Part shown: piece after piece, positions 20,156 through 30,679 of the stretch | Position numbering within the stretch: the stretch's first letter is position 1 | Layout of the letters: every line of letters starts with the position of its first letter | Assembly (NCBI GenBank): GCA_038734945.1 | Contig: JAVYOA010000009.1 | Span: forward strand, 1-64,000 | DNA from: Fervidicoccaceae archaeon | Lineage (GTDB): Archaea; Thermoproteota; Thermoprotei_A; Sulfolobales; Fervidicoccaceae | Length of the DNA: 64,000 nt | Direction of reading: 5' to 3' | Made by a program: the position numbers and the translations under genes | Notes under the pieces: model-generated | The model's input: only the letters and a program-made list of their open reading frames with translations | Databases searched by the model: none | Told to the model about the DNA's origin: nothing

Positions 20156-21258
20156 TTGGAGCGACCAGAAACTCGGTCCTCCTCTACGATAGAAGAGCTC
20201 CTCAGTATATACTGAAAGAGCTGTCAGCTCTAGCTTCAGTGGTTGGGATAGCTATAGTGGAAAGTGTTTCTATAAGAAATGGGAGCTCAAGAACGAGAAT
20301 AAGCGACTTCAAGTTAAATGAGCTCAAGAAAAAGCTGATTGAGAGCAACTCAGATATTGTGCTTCTCGAGCCAGAGCTATTTCCCAGCCAAAAAATTGCA
20401 ATAATGAAAAAAACAGGTGCTGAGGTCATCGACAGAACTATGCTTCTTCTTGAGGTCTTCGAGAGAAATGCTGGGTCCAGAGAGGCGAAGCTTCAAATAG
20501 AGGTAGCGAAGCATAAGCATGAGCTACCCCTGCTCAGAGAATTGATCAACAGGAGTAAAAGAGGGGAGCTTCCTGGCTTTATGTCAGGCGGAACATATGC
20601 TATAGACAGACACTATAGGCAAATTAGAAAGGAGATAGCGAAGTCGAGGGAGGAACTTGATAAGATAAGGAAGAGAAGGGCTTTCTTGAGGGAAAGAAGA
20701 AAGGAAATAGGCCTTCCATCAATTGCCATAGTTGGCTATGCTAATGCAGGAAAGACTTCTCTATTCAATTTCATGACAGGAAGCAATAGAACAGTTGGTC
20801 CGATTCCCTTCACAACAATTTCCCCAAAGGTTTCCAGGCACAGATCTCTTCCCATAGCTTTAGTGGATACTGTTGGCTTTGTTCTAAATGTGCCTCCAGA
20901 GATTGTTGAAGCATTCTATGGGACACTTGAGGAGATAGGTGAGGCTGGAGGAATGATATTTGTGATAGACATAAGCGAAGAGGAGGAAGTTATAAGAGAG
21001 CAGATGATCCAGGCAGCGAGCATACTTTCAAACCTAGATTCTATATACAAACCAATATCAATTGCTGCCAACAAAATCGATGTCGCTAAAGGCCTTGAAA
21101 AAGAGAAGAAGATGAGAGAGATGGAAAGACTGGAGAGGGATCTTTTTCCAAATAAGCTTGGGATATTCCCCATTAGCGCCCTCAGAGGAGAAGGTGTAGA
21201 TAAGCTGGAGGGGTCAATTTGGCGCGCCTTGAACCAGAAACAGGAGTACTTAGGATAG
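20152..21258 (+). CDS. hflX: GTPase HflX
   Basis: VIDR, EAKLQIE, GYANAGKTS, DTVGF, NKID, ISA. Confidence 0.9.
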   Translation: MIGATRNSVLLYDRRAPQYILKELSALASVVGIAIVESVSIRNGSSRTRISDFKLNELKKKLIESNSDIVLLEPELFPSQKIAIMKKTGAEVIDRTMLLLEVFERNAGSREAKLQIEVAKHKHELPLLRELINRSKRGELPGFMSGGTYAIDRHYRQIRKEIAKSREELDKIRKRRAFLRERRKEIGLPSIAIVGYANAGKTSLFNFMTGSNRTVGPIPFTTISPKVSRHRSLPIALVDTVGFVLNVPPEIVEAFYGTLEEIGEAGGMIFVIDISEEEEVIREQMIQAASILSNLDSIYKPISIAANKIDVAKGLEKEKKMREMERLERDLFPNKLGIFPISALRGEGVDKLEGSIWRALNQKQEYLG

Positions 21259-21791
21259 GGCATAGACCGGAGAGAGACAAGAGAGTTACAACACACGTGG
21301 CGCTTGTTGCCAGAGCTTTCGGCGCCTCATACTTTTTTCTTTCCGATGTATGCGATCTTAGCGTTATGAGGAGCCTCTTCTCCGTCGAAGATAGATGGGG
21401 GAGAGGGATAAAGCACGCTTCATGTGGTCTGGATTACATGGAGTATATAGCTAATTGGAAATCGGTTGGAGGAAAGGTAGTGCACCTTACGATGTATGGA
21501 GAACTTCTAAATAGAGCCATCGAGGAAGCTCAGAGCTACAGAAAGCCCATTTTGATAGTTGTTGGAGCAGAAAAAGTTCCCAGGGAAGTCTATGAAGTAG
21601 CAGACCTCAACGTCTCTGTGGGCAATCAACCACATAGTGAAGTAGCAGCGCTGGCGATTTTCTTAGATAGATTATATAATGGGGAGGAGCTATATATTGA
21701 ATATGAAGGGGCAAAGGCCGTAATAGAGCCCACAAGGACAGGAAAGAAGGTTAGGCTCGTGGAGGAAAGCGAGAATGAGCTCCAAGTTTGA
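21219..21791 (+). CDS. trm56: tRNA (cytidine56-2'-O)-methyltransferase
   Basis: LRIGHRPERDKRVTTHVALVARAFGA, HLTMYG, GAEKVP, NQPHSEVAALA. Confidence 0.93.
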   Translation: MARLEPETGVLRIGHRPERDKRVTTHVALVARAFGASYFFLSDVCDLSVMRSLFSVEDRWGRGIKHASCGLDYMEYIANWKSVGGKVVHLTMYGELLNRAIEEAQSYRKPILIVVGAEKVPREVYEVADLNVSVGNQPHSEVAALAIFLDRLYNGEELYIEYEGAKAVIEPTRTGKKVRLVEESENELQV

Positions 21792-22338
21792 GAAGCTAAT
21801 AAAGGAGGAGGATCCCCAAGATTCCCTCGAAGAATATATTTACAAGCTAGCTCCCAAGGGATCTCTAACCCTTTTCCGCATGCTGAGAGACGAAGGAAAG
21901 GAGCTAACAGAGGACGAAATAGCTGAAATATTGGGAGCAAGCAAAAACATTGTCAGGAAAATTCTGTATAAACTCCACGACCTCAATGTATTAGTATATA
22001 GAACAGTTAAGGAGGAAAGCACGAACTGGAACACATACTACTGGAAGATAAATTGGGAGGGGCTGGCAATCTCTCTGTTGTATAGAAAAAAGGAGGTTCT
22101 CCAGAAGCTGAAGCAGAGACTAGCATATGAATCAACGAACAGAATAGTCTATCTATGCAGAAAGTGCGGAAGAGAATATAGATTCGAGGAAGCTCTTTCC
22201 AATGATTTTTCCTGTCCAATCTGCCACACTCCCTTGGACTACGTTGATAGATCTAAGCAGATATCAATATTGGAGGACTATGTGAGGAGGATTGAAAAGG
22301 AGCTTGCAGAGGAATCGAGAAGGCTTCAAAGTAGCTGA
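21775..22338 (+). CDS. tfe: Transcription factor E (TFE alpha)
   Basis: Winged helix (TEDEIA, VRKILYKL, YYW) plus Zn ribbon CRKC...FSCPIC. Confidence 0.9.
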   Translation: MSSKFEKLIKEEDPQDSLEEYIYKLAPKGSLTLFRMLRDEGKELTEDEIAEILGASKNIVRKILYKLHDLNVLVYRTVKEESTNWNTYYWKINWEGLAISLLYRKKEVLQKLKQRLAYESTNRIVYLCRKCGREYRFEEALSNDFSCPICHTPLDYVDRSKQISILEDYVRRIEKELAEESRRLQSS

Positions 22339-23284
22339 CCTTTTCTGTGGTGGAGGGGGCTTCGCGAGAGGGTTCAAGGAAAAAGGGTTCAGCATCCTAT
22401 TTGGCATTGATAACCTGAAGTCTGCTGCCAAAACCTATAAGGCAAATTTTCCCAAAGCTGTGGTCCTTGCCGAGGATATCAAGGAAATAACTGGCGAAAC
22501 AATAAAGAGCCTCGTTGGAGATGTGGATGTGCTGATAGGAAGCCCTCCCTGCGAGCCATTCACTGCTGCAAACAAACAGAGAAAAAGAGATCCTCTTGAT
22601 AGGCTCTACTCCGATCCGCAGGGCATCCTAACGCTGAATTTCTTCAGGATATTGAGCGAAGTTAAGCCAAAAGTCTGGGTGATGGAAAACGTTCCAGCCA
22701 TAATGGAAAACGGACTAAAGGACTCTCTGGCAAGAGAAGCAAGAAGAGCTGGATACAGCAGAATCTATTTCAACGTTCTAAGAGCGGAAGACTACTGCAC
22801 TCCGAGCAGGAGAACTAGGCTCTTTCTCTCAAACATCCCAATTTCTCCCGAGAGATGCAACAAGAGGGTAACTGTCTGGGAAGCAATAGGCGACCTTCCC
22901 CCTCCCAACCCCAGCTTTCCCCCAAATCATGAGCCCCCATCAATTAGTCCAAGAAAGCAGAAAAAGATCGGAAGACTTCAGCGGGGGAAGGCCATGATAT
23001 ACTACGAAGGTTTTGGAGGAAAACCCCTGCCCAATCTCATCAGATTAGATCCAGATGATATAGCTCCAACAGTTCTGGGAAGCAGCAGATTCATTCATCC
23101 CTACGAAGATAGGTTCCTCACTGTAAGGGAGCAGGCAAGGCTAATGGGTTACCCTGACAATCATGTTTTCATAGGAGGAAGAGATGAACAATATAACATG
23201 GTAGGAGAGAGCGTTCCAGTAACTTTATCATCCGCTATAGCTAATGAAGTTCTGAACTATCTTAGGAAGGAGGATGGGCTTTGA
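22292..23284 (+). CDS. C5 cytosine methyltransferase (Dcm fold), orphan
   Basis: Motif I DLFCGGGG, IV GSPPCEPF, VI ENV, VIII RRTR, IX LTVRE.ARL, X GESVP. Confidence 0.88.
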   Translation: MKRSLQRNREGFKVADLFCGGGGFARGFKEKGFSILFGIDNLKSAAKTYKANFPKAVVLAEDIKEITGETIKSLVGDVDVLIGSPPCEPFTAANKQRKRDPLDRLYSDPQGILTLNFFRILSEVKPKVWVMENVPAIMENGLKDSLAREARRAGYSRIYFNVLRAEDYCTPSRRTRLFLSNIPISPERCNKRVTVWEAIGDLPPPNPSFPPNHEPPSISPRKQKKIGRLQRGKAMIYYEGFGGKPLPNLIRLDPDDIAPTVLGSSRFIHPYEDRFLTVREQARLMGYPDNHVFIGGRDEQYNMVGESVPVTLSSAIANEVLNYLRKEDGL

Positions 23285-23739
23285 GAATAGCAGTTGCTCT
23301 TCACGATGTGAGCAGCACAACAAGATTAACGGACTTCGTAAGAACTCTTCTCTCCTTCAATTTAGAAGTTGAGCTTGTTATTTTTTCAAGGATAACGGGA
23401 GCAGCAGCTCAATACGGACTTCCTGAGGCCAGCAAGACACTTTTCAAGAGAGGAGTAAGGTTTCTTGTTCTGCAGGACATAGAAGATTATAGGGATATTT
23501 TCAAGGATTATAAAATAATGCAGTACTCAGCATCTAAGGGAAAACCTATCTCAAGGAAAGAGGAGCTTGGTATCGATTTTGCAAAAGACAAAGTATTGAT
23601 TATCTTTTCGGGAAACGATGCAGGATTCACAGCCCAGGAAATTCTCGAAGAAGCACTCGCGTTCAGATCCTTAGCAGCCCCAAAGGAAATTCCACCAGAA
23701 TCGGCTCTCAGTCTGACGCTTCACATGATTCTCTGTTGA
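23281..23739 (+). CDS. SPOUT-like protein (DUF2122/COG4080, historically called RecB-family nuclease)
   Basis: LHDVSS..RL.DF, GAAAQYGLPEASK, FSGNDAGF match the family pattern as I recall it. Confidence 0.7.
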   Translation: MRIAVALHDVSSTTRLTDFVRTLLSFNLEVELVIFSRITGAAAQYGLPEASKTLFKRGVRFLVLQDIEDYRDIFKDYKIMQYSASKGKPISRKEELGIDFAKDKVLIIFSGNDAGFTAQEILEEALAFRSLAAPKEIPPESALSLTLHMILC

Positions 23740-23800
23740 AGAAAGAGAAATAATTCTTAAAAAAATAGCTAAAATATTTTTAATACTAGTGTTTCTCAGC

Positions 23801-25222
23801 TTATGCTTCCTTGAACGCTTTTGCTAGCGGTATATACAGAATGAAGTTCAGCACTACTCCTATGTACCAGCTCAGATTCGTCGGCCACGGTATTGGTCCT
23901 GTCCAGGATATTTGTCCAATTGCCCAGCTGAATAGATAGGTTATCAGTATCGTTAGAACGTATGAGACTATTGCAGCATATGAATATCCTCCGTGGTACC
24001 AGTATCCCTCAGGTCCCTTTGTATATAGCTTCTGCAGGTCATAGCTTCTCTTCTTCAACAAGTAGTAATCAGCTATCATTATTCCTCCGATTGGTCCCAG
24101 TATTATGCCGTAGTTAGATGAGAAGGCAGTGACATAGTTCACTATTCCTGGTCCGCTATCAACTGCCCACCATGGCGCTAGGAAGAATCCTATGATTCCA
24201 GAGCCTATAGCAGCCCACTTTATAGGAAGCCTCAGCGTTGAAGTCAGTATGTTTATTGCTGCGGGTATGTTGGCTGTTATGTCTGTGCTGAACGGTGCCG
24301 CAAATGCGAAGATCTCCCCTAGGAGCATCGCCAAAGCACCTGGTGAACCATACAGAATGATCTCTTGTGGAGTTACCCTGCCTGTATATACTGAGAGGTA
24401 ATATCCAAGGAGAGATCCCACAATCTGCCCAACAACTATTCCCAATAAAGGTCCTATTATTAGAGCGTTGACTCCTCTTTTGTCAGCATATAGACCTCTT
24501 GACAAATCGCTTATATTGAGAGCTACTGTTGCCCACCAATTTGTTTGAACAGCTAAGTATATTGCGAACGGCATTGAGAAATATGAAACTCCTGCCGGCA
24601 CCTGTTCTACCGGAGTCCTACCGCTCAGGTAGTAAAGAAGCCATATGAAATAAAGGACGATGAGAGGTCCAGCAACGTCCACGAATCTAGCTATTGCTCT
24701 CAGTCCTTTCCACATAACGAAGGTAGCTAGGGCAACGTAGGGAAGTACGATTATTCCAACATATCTGAATGATGCTGCCGATATGAGCTCAGGATTTCTC
24801 CCTCCATATCCTAATGCATAGAGCAATATCATTATTATCGCAAGGCTTCCGTTATAGGCTTCAATCCCATACCATCCGAAGCCGACAATTCCTCTCAGAA
24901 CCACTGCGATCTCAGCTCCTCTGAATCCCCATGATGGCCTTAGCTGCACTGGATATGGTATTCCGTACTTCACTCCCACGATTCCGTTAAGCCAGAGAAC
25001 TACAACTGCAGCAAAGTTACCAACAGCAGCTCCTACAGCTACCTGCACTGGCGTTAAACCGAGGTTCAGACCTATTACTCCAAGGAAGAACATAGGTATA
25101 CAGACGTTCAGACCGAACATCATCCATGAGAATGATCTGACGCCATACAGCCTTTTATCAGACGGCATTGGCAAAAGTACTGGGTTCTCCTTATATCCCT
25201 TTGGTTCAACATTCCCACTCAT
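23801..25222 (-). CDS. NCS1-family nucleobase/hydantoin/HMP:cation symporter
   Basis: YGIPYPV..R..WG..G, GWYGI, W.T..LNISD.SR, PW, GIMIADYY. Start at 25222 (or 25273). Confidence 0.88.
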   Translation of the reverse strand: MSGNVEPKGYKENPVLLPMPSDKRLYGVRSFSWMMFGLNVCIPMFFLGVIGLNLGLTPVQVAVGAAVGNFAAVVVLWLNGIVGVKYGIPYPVQLRPSWGFRGAEIAVVLRGIVGFGWYGIEAYNGSLAIIMILLYALGYGGRNPELISAASFRYVGIIVLPYVALATFVMWKGLRAIARFVDVAGPLIVLYFIWLLYYLSGRTPVEQVPAGVSYFSMPFAIYLAVQTNWWATVALNISDLSRGLYADKRGVNALIIGPLLGIVVGQIVGSLLGYYLSVYTGRVTPQEIILYGSPGALAMLLGEIFAFAAPFSTDITANIPAAINILTSTLRLPIKWAAIGSGIIGFFLAPWWAVDSGPGIVNYVTAFSSNYGIILGPIGGIMIADYYLLKKRSYDLQKLYTKGPEGYWYHGGYSYAAIVSYVLTILITYLFSWAIGQISWTGPIPWPTNLSWYIGVVLNFILYIPLAKAFKEA

Positions 25223-25467
25223 ACTCAGATTACCACCACAGTTTGTGAATTCTAATAATGATAGATCTACCATTAATATTTAAATATTGTGTTAAAAAAA
25301 TATTGAAAATAGTCAAACAGCAATTGCTCATTGACAATTTTATCTTTTATGCACTTGCTATCTTTTTTTATAGATAATTTTTATAGATAAAGATGATAGA
25401 GATAATGAAGCAGAAAAATGTTGGTTCTATCTCTTAAAATCTCAATTAAACAACAGAACTATTTCTG

Positions 25468-26658
25468 GTGTTTGAGGGTTTGTGGTTTTACTTCGGAGTC
25501 ACATTCATGGCAATGCTCTCCCTCCTGGACATGGCAATCTTCACTTACATAGGCTATACGTTCAAGGTTTCGCCAATATACTACAGCATTGTAGCAGCAA
25601 TGTGGAGCATTGTCTACATATTTACAAACAAGGCTCTATCAGCTCTCGGAGATAGAGGAAAGAACAAAGAGCTGATGGTCTCCGGATTTCTCTCAATAAC
25701 CATAGCTCTTCTGCTCTTCTCCAGAAATACTCTAGGATCAGTTACACTTGCTTATATGTTCCACGCTGTAGCTGTCTCAAGCGCAAACCTCTCCATGAGC
25801 ACAAGCGTATACGAGCTATTTGATAGCTCAAGCTGGTGGAGATATTCAACACTGCAGAGGATTCTGCAGAATCTCCTAAGGGGATTTACTCTAATTTTAA
25901 TTTCCTCTGGGATACTAAGTATAACCCTACAGCACATACTCGTCTTCTCTTCTGCTGTAGGAATGCTGAATGTCCTCCTCCTCCCCTCGGTTGGCTTAGG
26001 TCTGGAGAGAAAGCTGCATATGATAGGCAAGGAAGTTAATGAGCTCGTTGGATTTGCTAGCAGCAGAGGTATTCTGGCATCTGCATTGGAAGGAGCATCA
26101 TCTATCAGAAATGGGATTGTTGGGATGCTCGGTATTTCAGGGTCCTCCAGCTCTCTCAGCAGAGGAAGAGTGCTTGTTTCGGTCCTGCTTGCAATCGCCA
26201 CAGGAGACTTCGTCTTCACTGCAATGCCATTGCTGATAAAATCATCAATATCTCTTTCGAACTACTGGATGGCTCAAGGAATAACTGGGATTGCGGTTGG
26301 GCTCTCAGCAGCGCTCATCAGCAGAGCTCTCCGTGGAGAGAGAAAAATTGCCATAGCCATAGTTGCTCTTAGAGGCCTGTGGCTCTCTTTTGCTATGCCA
26401 CTCATGTATAGAGAGGAGACTCTCATTTTCTATCTAATAGGCATGTATCTTCTTGGTCTGGCTATGGATGCCTCTCTCTTCAATCTCTACTCTGAAATAA
26501 ACAGCGGATACGGAGCCCATTCCTATTTCATATCTAGAGAGCTTGGCACTTTAACAGGGTCCCTGCTAGCAGGTGTAGCACTAGCAATAGGAATCCCTGC
26601 AGCAGTCATCATAGTTCCCCTCATCTTCACCATCGTAGCTGTAATGCAGCTTCTGTGA
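25468..26658 (+). CDS. MFS-like membrane protein
   Basis: About 12 hydrophobic segments, weak motif A (ALGDRG). Confidence 0.6.
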   Translation: MFEGLWFYFGVTFMAMLSLLDMAIFTYIGYTFKVSPIYYSIVAAMWSIVYIFTNKALSALGDRGKNKELMVSGFLSITIALLLFSRNTLGSVTLAYMFHAVAVSSANLSMSTSVYELFDSSSWWRYSTLQRILQNLLRGFTLILISSGILSITLQHILVFSSAVGMLNVLLLPSVGLGLERKLHMIGKEVNELVGFASSRGILASALEGASSIRNGIVGMLGISGSSSSLSRGRVLVSVLLAIATGDFVFTAMPLLIKSSISLSNYWMAQGITGIAVGLSAALISRALRGERKIAIAIVALRGLWLSFAMPLMYREETLIFYLIGMYLLGLAMDASLFNLYSEINSGYGAHSYFISRELGTLTGSLLAGVALAIGIPAAVIIVPLIFTIVAVMQLL

Positions 26659-26724
26659 GAACATAATAATCTGGTGTATTTTCTTGATCAGTTAACTAAA
26701 TTAGAAAATTGATCGTGGAAATCC

Positions 26725-27342
26725 CTACGGGAGGACAGGATCCGAGAATTCTTTTATTCCATCTTTTCCTATAATTACGCTGTCAACTCCGTCTCCAGTA
26801 GCTGAATCCCTTCTGAGGGCCATCTGAACAGCCCTGACAGCTAATTTTCTAGCTTCTTCTGGCTCCATCTCATCCTTATAACCCTCTTCCAGCACCCCTA
26901 TTGCTATGGGAGATCCGCTGCCAGTTGCAGCATACTTCTCCTCGAGCACGCTTCCAAACAAATCTAGAGAGAATAGCTTTGGAGAGCTATCATATCCCCC
27001 CAGAATGAGTTGTACGTAGAAAGGAAAATACTTGTACCTATAGAGAATGAGGGAGAGAAGATGCGCTGCTTCTCTGACAGTTACGGCCTGCCTTCTAGTA
27101 ATTGAAAGATATCTTATCTGCGCGTTGAGCCAATCTGCAAGAACTTGAGCATCAGCAACGAGGCCCGCCGTGGTTAGAGCCATTCTATCTCCCACCCTCA
27201 GTATCTTCTTTGTTCTCTTATGAGCAATGAAAGTCCCAGCAGTCGCTCTTCTGTCTGCCGCAAGTATTACTGCATCCTTTGCCAGCAGACCTACAGTTGT
27301 AGTCCCATGGAGACCTCTTTCCTCCAATTTTTCAGGCATCAT
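26725..27342 (-). CDS. psmB: Proteasome beta subunit
   Basis: Propeptide HG|TTTVG, AADRRAT, GLVADAQ, ATGSGS, RDSATG. Confidence 0.95.
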   Translation of the reverse strand: MMPEKLEERGLHGTTTVGLLAKDAVILAADRRATAGTFIAHKRTKKILRVGDRMALTTAGLVADAQVLADWLNAQIRYLSITRRQAVTVREAAHLLSLILYRYKYFPFYVQLILGGYDSSPKLFSLDLFGSVLEEKYAATGSGSPIAIGVLEEGYKDEMEPEEARKLAVRAVQMALRRDSATGDGVDSVIIGKDGIKEFSDPVLP

Positions 27343-27445
27343 TATACCACACCGCTTTTGAAAGCCTCATTATCTCAGAGTGCTTCCAGATAAATATAAT
27401 TAACGGATTAATATCATTAGAGCATTGATTCTGAGAGGATTTTTC

Positions 27446-28510
27446 ATGAGCTCAACAAAACATGTTATAGATCTCATGGAGAGAGTTGTAATAGGAAAGC
27501 AGCTCATTGAGAACCTGCGGGATTTCCTTCCAGAGAGGTTGAGAGGTCGCGTATTCAAGGCCCTAGTAGTCACTGGACCTAATGTTTGGAGGGCATATGG
27601 AGACAGGCTCTCTCGTGGTCTGGAATCAGGGGAAATAAATTACGAAGTGCACATATCAGAGAATCCTCATATAGATGAAGCGAAAAGAATAGCAGATGAA
27701 GCGGCCAGAATTAATGCAGATATCCTCATAGGATTTGGAGGAGGAAAGAGCATAGATCTTGCGAAATTTGCTTCGAATGAGAATAAAAGAGGCTTCGTTA
27801 GCATTCCAACAGCTGCTAGCCACGACGGCATAGCGAGCCCATTCGCCAGCCTGAAAGGTGGAGGATGGAGCACCTCAGTTAAGGCACAGCAGCCAACCCT
27901 AGTCCTAGCAGATCTCGACATAATATCATCATCTCCGCGGAGACTTCTTATAGCAGGGGCAGGAGATGCAATAGCAAAGCTAACAGCAGTCTCCGACTGG
28001 AGGCTAGCTCATTTGCTGAGAAACGAATATTATGGCTCCTTTGCTGCTGGCCTTGCGCTCCTTTCAGCAAAGCATATAATGAGGAATCGGAGAATCATTG
28101 CGAAGAGTTCAACAGAAGGAACAAGGATAGTGCTGGAAGCTTTGATTAACAGCAGTGTTGCAATGGGCATAGCGGGATCCACAAGGCCTGCTAGCGGGAG
28201 CGAGCATCTCTTCAGTCACGCGCTCGACAAGATTGCACCAAGGCCCGCCCTTCACGGCGAACAGACAGGAGTTGGGACAATAATGATGGCAAAGCTGCAT
28301 AGGATGAACTGGAAAAAAATCAGAAGAGTTTTGAAGATGATTGGAGCACCAACAAACGCGAAGGAGCTCGGGATTCCAGAGGACAAAATAATTGAGGCCC
28401 TCACTATCGCTCACAAGATCAGGCCAGAGAGATACACTATTCTTGGAGATAGAGGTCTAAGCTGGGAAGCTGCGGAGAGACTAGCAGCTGAAACGGGAGT
28501 TATATCTTAG
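27446..28510 (+). CDS. egsA: sn-glycerol-1-phosphate dehydrogenase
   Basis: GGGKSID, PTAASHDG, RPASGSEH, LHGEQ, IRPERYTIL. Start set at ATG 27446. Confidence 0.95.
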   Translation: MSSTKHVIDLMERVVIGKQLIENLRDFLPERLRGRVFKALVVTGPNVWRAYGDRLSRGLESGEINYEVHISENPHIDEAKRIADEAARINADILIGFGGGKSIDLAKFASNENKRGFVSIPTAASHDGIASPFASLKGGGWSTSVKAQQPTLVLADLDIISSSPRRLLIAGAGDAIAKLTAVSDWRLAHLLRNEYYGSFAAGLALLSAKHIMRNRRIIAKSSTEGTRIVLEALINSSVAMGIAGSTRPASGSEHLFSHALDKIAPRPALHGEQTGVGTIMMAKLHRMNWKKIRRVLKMIGAPTNAKELGIPEDKIIEALTIAHKIRPERYTILGDRGLSWEAAERLAAETGVIS

Positions 28511-28569
28511 CACACGGTATTATTCTAGTGAAAAACACCTTGAAAAAGTTGAGATGGACATAAAAAAGG

Positions 28570-29124
28570 CTAGAAGGACTTGAAAGCATCCTTCTCAGCG
28601 CCGCATACTGGGCACTTCTCTGGAGGCTCATCTCCCACATGAGTATATCCACACACTGGACATATCCAGACTTTACCCTTCAGTTCCATATCTTTTCCAG
28701 AATCTACACTTTCCTTTGCCTCTCTGTAGAGCTTTGCGTGTATCTGCTCAGCCTGATATGCGTAATTGAAGCTCCGAACAGCTTCATTCTCTTTTTGGAA
28801 CTTAGCAATTTCAATATAAACAGGATACATCTCTCTGACCTCGAACTCCTCCCCTCTTATGGCTAGCTCCAAATTCTTGCTTGTATTTCCAGGTCCAATT
28901 GGAACACCTCCACATCCTTTGGCGTCCTCGTTGTACTCTCTGAGAGCTCTATAGTGATTTGAAGCATGAACTTGTTCAGCATATGCGATAGCTCTAAACA
29001 GTCTCGCAACATTCTTGTAGCCCTCCTTTTCAGCCACATCAGCGAAAATCAGATATCTCATGTGTGCCATTGATTCTCCGCTGAACGCTGACAGAAGAGC
29101 TTCCTTTGTCATATCCTTGACCAA
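28570..29124 (-). CDS. rbr: Rubrerythrin
   Basis: AFSGES, EQVH, GE..E, EQIH diiron ligands, C-terminal CPVCG...CPVCG. Confidence 0.95.
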   Translation of the reverse strand: MVKDMTKEALLSAFSGESMAHMRYLIFADVAEKEGYKNVARLFRAIAYAEQVHASNHYRALREYNEDAKGCGGVPIGPGNTSKNLELAIRGEEFEVREMYPVYIEIAKFQKENEAVRSFNYAYQAEQIHAKLYREAKESVDSGKDMELKGKVWICPVCGYTHVGDEPPEKCPVCGAEKDAFKSF

Positions 29125-29322
29125 ACAGGATCACCTTTAGAAAATTGGAAGAACTTTTTTATAAATTTTTATAGAAATGCGTGCTGGTTCGAAGGAGAAG
29201 AATATGGCCTACAAAATAATCAAGGATCCTCCTTTGAGAATTCTCTTTTAATTAACATGAAACTGATTGAAAGCTAATTTGTTAAAAATAATTCTTCTCT
29301 ACTTTTTTTCCATTTTTGCAGG

Positions 29323-30096
29323 TTAGGCTGGCTGTTTATTTTCTGCTTCAACTTCAGTTTTTTTCTCCTCAGGCTGTGCAGATTTCTCCTCCTTCTGCTT
29401 TGCTATTTCCTCTACATACACAACTTTACTTATTCCATCTATATAGTTGAATATCTCTCTTGCTAGAGCTCTCTTTGCTAGCTGAATCTCCTGGTTCAGC
29501 ATATCCTGCTCCGGTATCCTTATTTCAACCAACCCTTCCTCCTTGGATATCCTTATACCATACTTTTCCGGCTCCCTAGCTCTGAATCTCCTCTTCAAAA
29601 GAGCTCTGATCTTCTCATCATCCGTCCTGAGCTGCTTGACTACCTTTACCTTGTATACTAGAACCTTTCCGGCAAGCGGGTGATTGAAATCAACCAGAAC
29701 TCTTCCTCCACTTACGTCCCTTATCACTGCCGGAACGCCGTTTATCTCAACTATTCTGCCCGGTATCGGTTCGATGTCACCCTTTCTGAACTCTCTGATA
29801 GGGATCCTTCTGAGCTTTGATGGATCCCTCTCTCCATAGGCTTTTTCAGGAGGAATCTCAACGACCTTCTCTTCCCCTTCTCCCATTTCCTTCAGAGCAT
29901 CCTCTAGCCCTTTCACAACTCTTCCTTCTCCTATCACAACTAGAATAGGCTCGTATATCTTCTCCTCATCAAATATGTTGTTCTGTTTTGCAGTCTCTCC
30001 ATCTGTTGTATCAACAACGCTTCCTGTTTCCTTGACAGTTGCAGTGTAGTCCACAATTATGAAGTCTTTCTCATTGAAGGTCATATATGCTGGCAC
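29323..30096 (-). CDS. Long-type archaeal FKBP peptidyl-prolyl isomerase
   Basis: DTT, GLEDAL, PPEKAYG, VDFNHPLAGK, plus C-terminal domain. Confidence 0.9.
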   Translation of the reverse strand: MPAYMTFNEKDFIIVDYTATVKETGSVVDTTDGETAKQNNIFDEEKIYEPILVVIGEGRVVKGLEDALKEMGEGEEKVVEIPPEKAYGERDPSKLRRIPIREFRKGDIEPIPGRIVEINGVPAVIRDVSGGRVLVDFNHPLAGKVLVYKVKVVKQLRTDDEKIRALLKRRFRAREPEKYGIRISKEEGLVEIRIPEQDMLNQEIQLAKRALAREIFNYIDGISKVVYVEEIAKQKEEKSAQPEEKKTEVEAENKQPA

Positions 30097-30166
30097 CTCT
30101 TTCTTATCGCTTTTAACTAAGAAAGAGCTTTTGGAAAAGGAAGGTTATTAAGATTTGTTATGTAGC

Positions 30167-30679
30167 TCAGTCTCTGAATCTAATGTAAGAGCCAACATCA
30201 ATAATAGGGGTCAGGGAGCTTCCAGAGAACCTTGCCCATCCGAGAAATTCATTCCTCTCATTGAAAACTGCCACTATTTCCGGGGAAAACCTAGTTTTTC
30301 CATCAAGCCTTATCGTTCTTCCGAACGTGAACTCCCTCTCCAATTCACTGCTCAAGACAACAATTGAATTGTGGGGGATGGCCCCTATCTCAGCAAGTTT
30401 CCAGCCAAGCTCAAGAGATGGAATAAAGACATTATTTCTTATATGTCCAAGGAGCATTCCCACATGATATATATTTTCTCCTACTTTATACAAGCTAAGA
30501 GCGAGCTCAAACACGGGATCCTCTGCACAGAAAATCCTTGTCCTATCTGAGCTGCTGAGGCAAACAAGATTCCTGCATTCGAATGAGCGGATCCCCAGCT
30601 CTCTTAAGAAAGCAAAGAGCTTTTCCCTCTCCTCTGCACAGCTATCTAGCTTCATTCTTTCCTCCTTAGCAGGCATATG
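30167..30679 (-). CDS. Nip7-like / PUA-domain protein
   Basis: GMLLG..F.PSLE, FTFGR, V.NER.EFLGW, DVGSYIR tail. Follows the m5C methyltransferase. Start uncertain. Confidence 0.65.
   Translation of the reverse strand, partial: HMPAKEERMKLDSCAEEREKLFAFLRELGIRSFECRNLVCLSSSDRTRIFCAEDPVFELALSLYKVGENIYHVGMLLGHIRNNVFIPSLELGWKLAEIGAIPHNSIVVLSSELEREFTFGRTIRLDGKTRFSPEIVAVFNERNEFLGWARFSGSSLTPIIDVGSYIRFRD

Noticed and set aside
22292..23739. MTase plus RecB-family nuclease as a restriction-modification pair
   Set aside because: The second gene lacks PD-(D/E)xK motifs and fits the SPOUT-like DUF2122 pattern.
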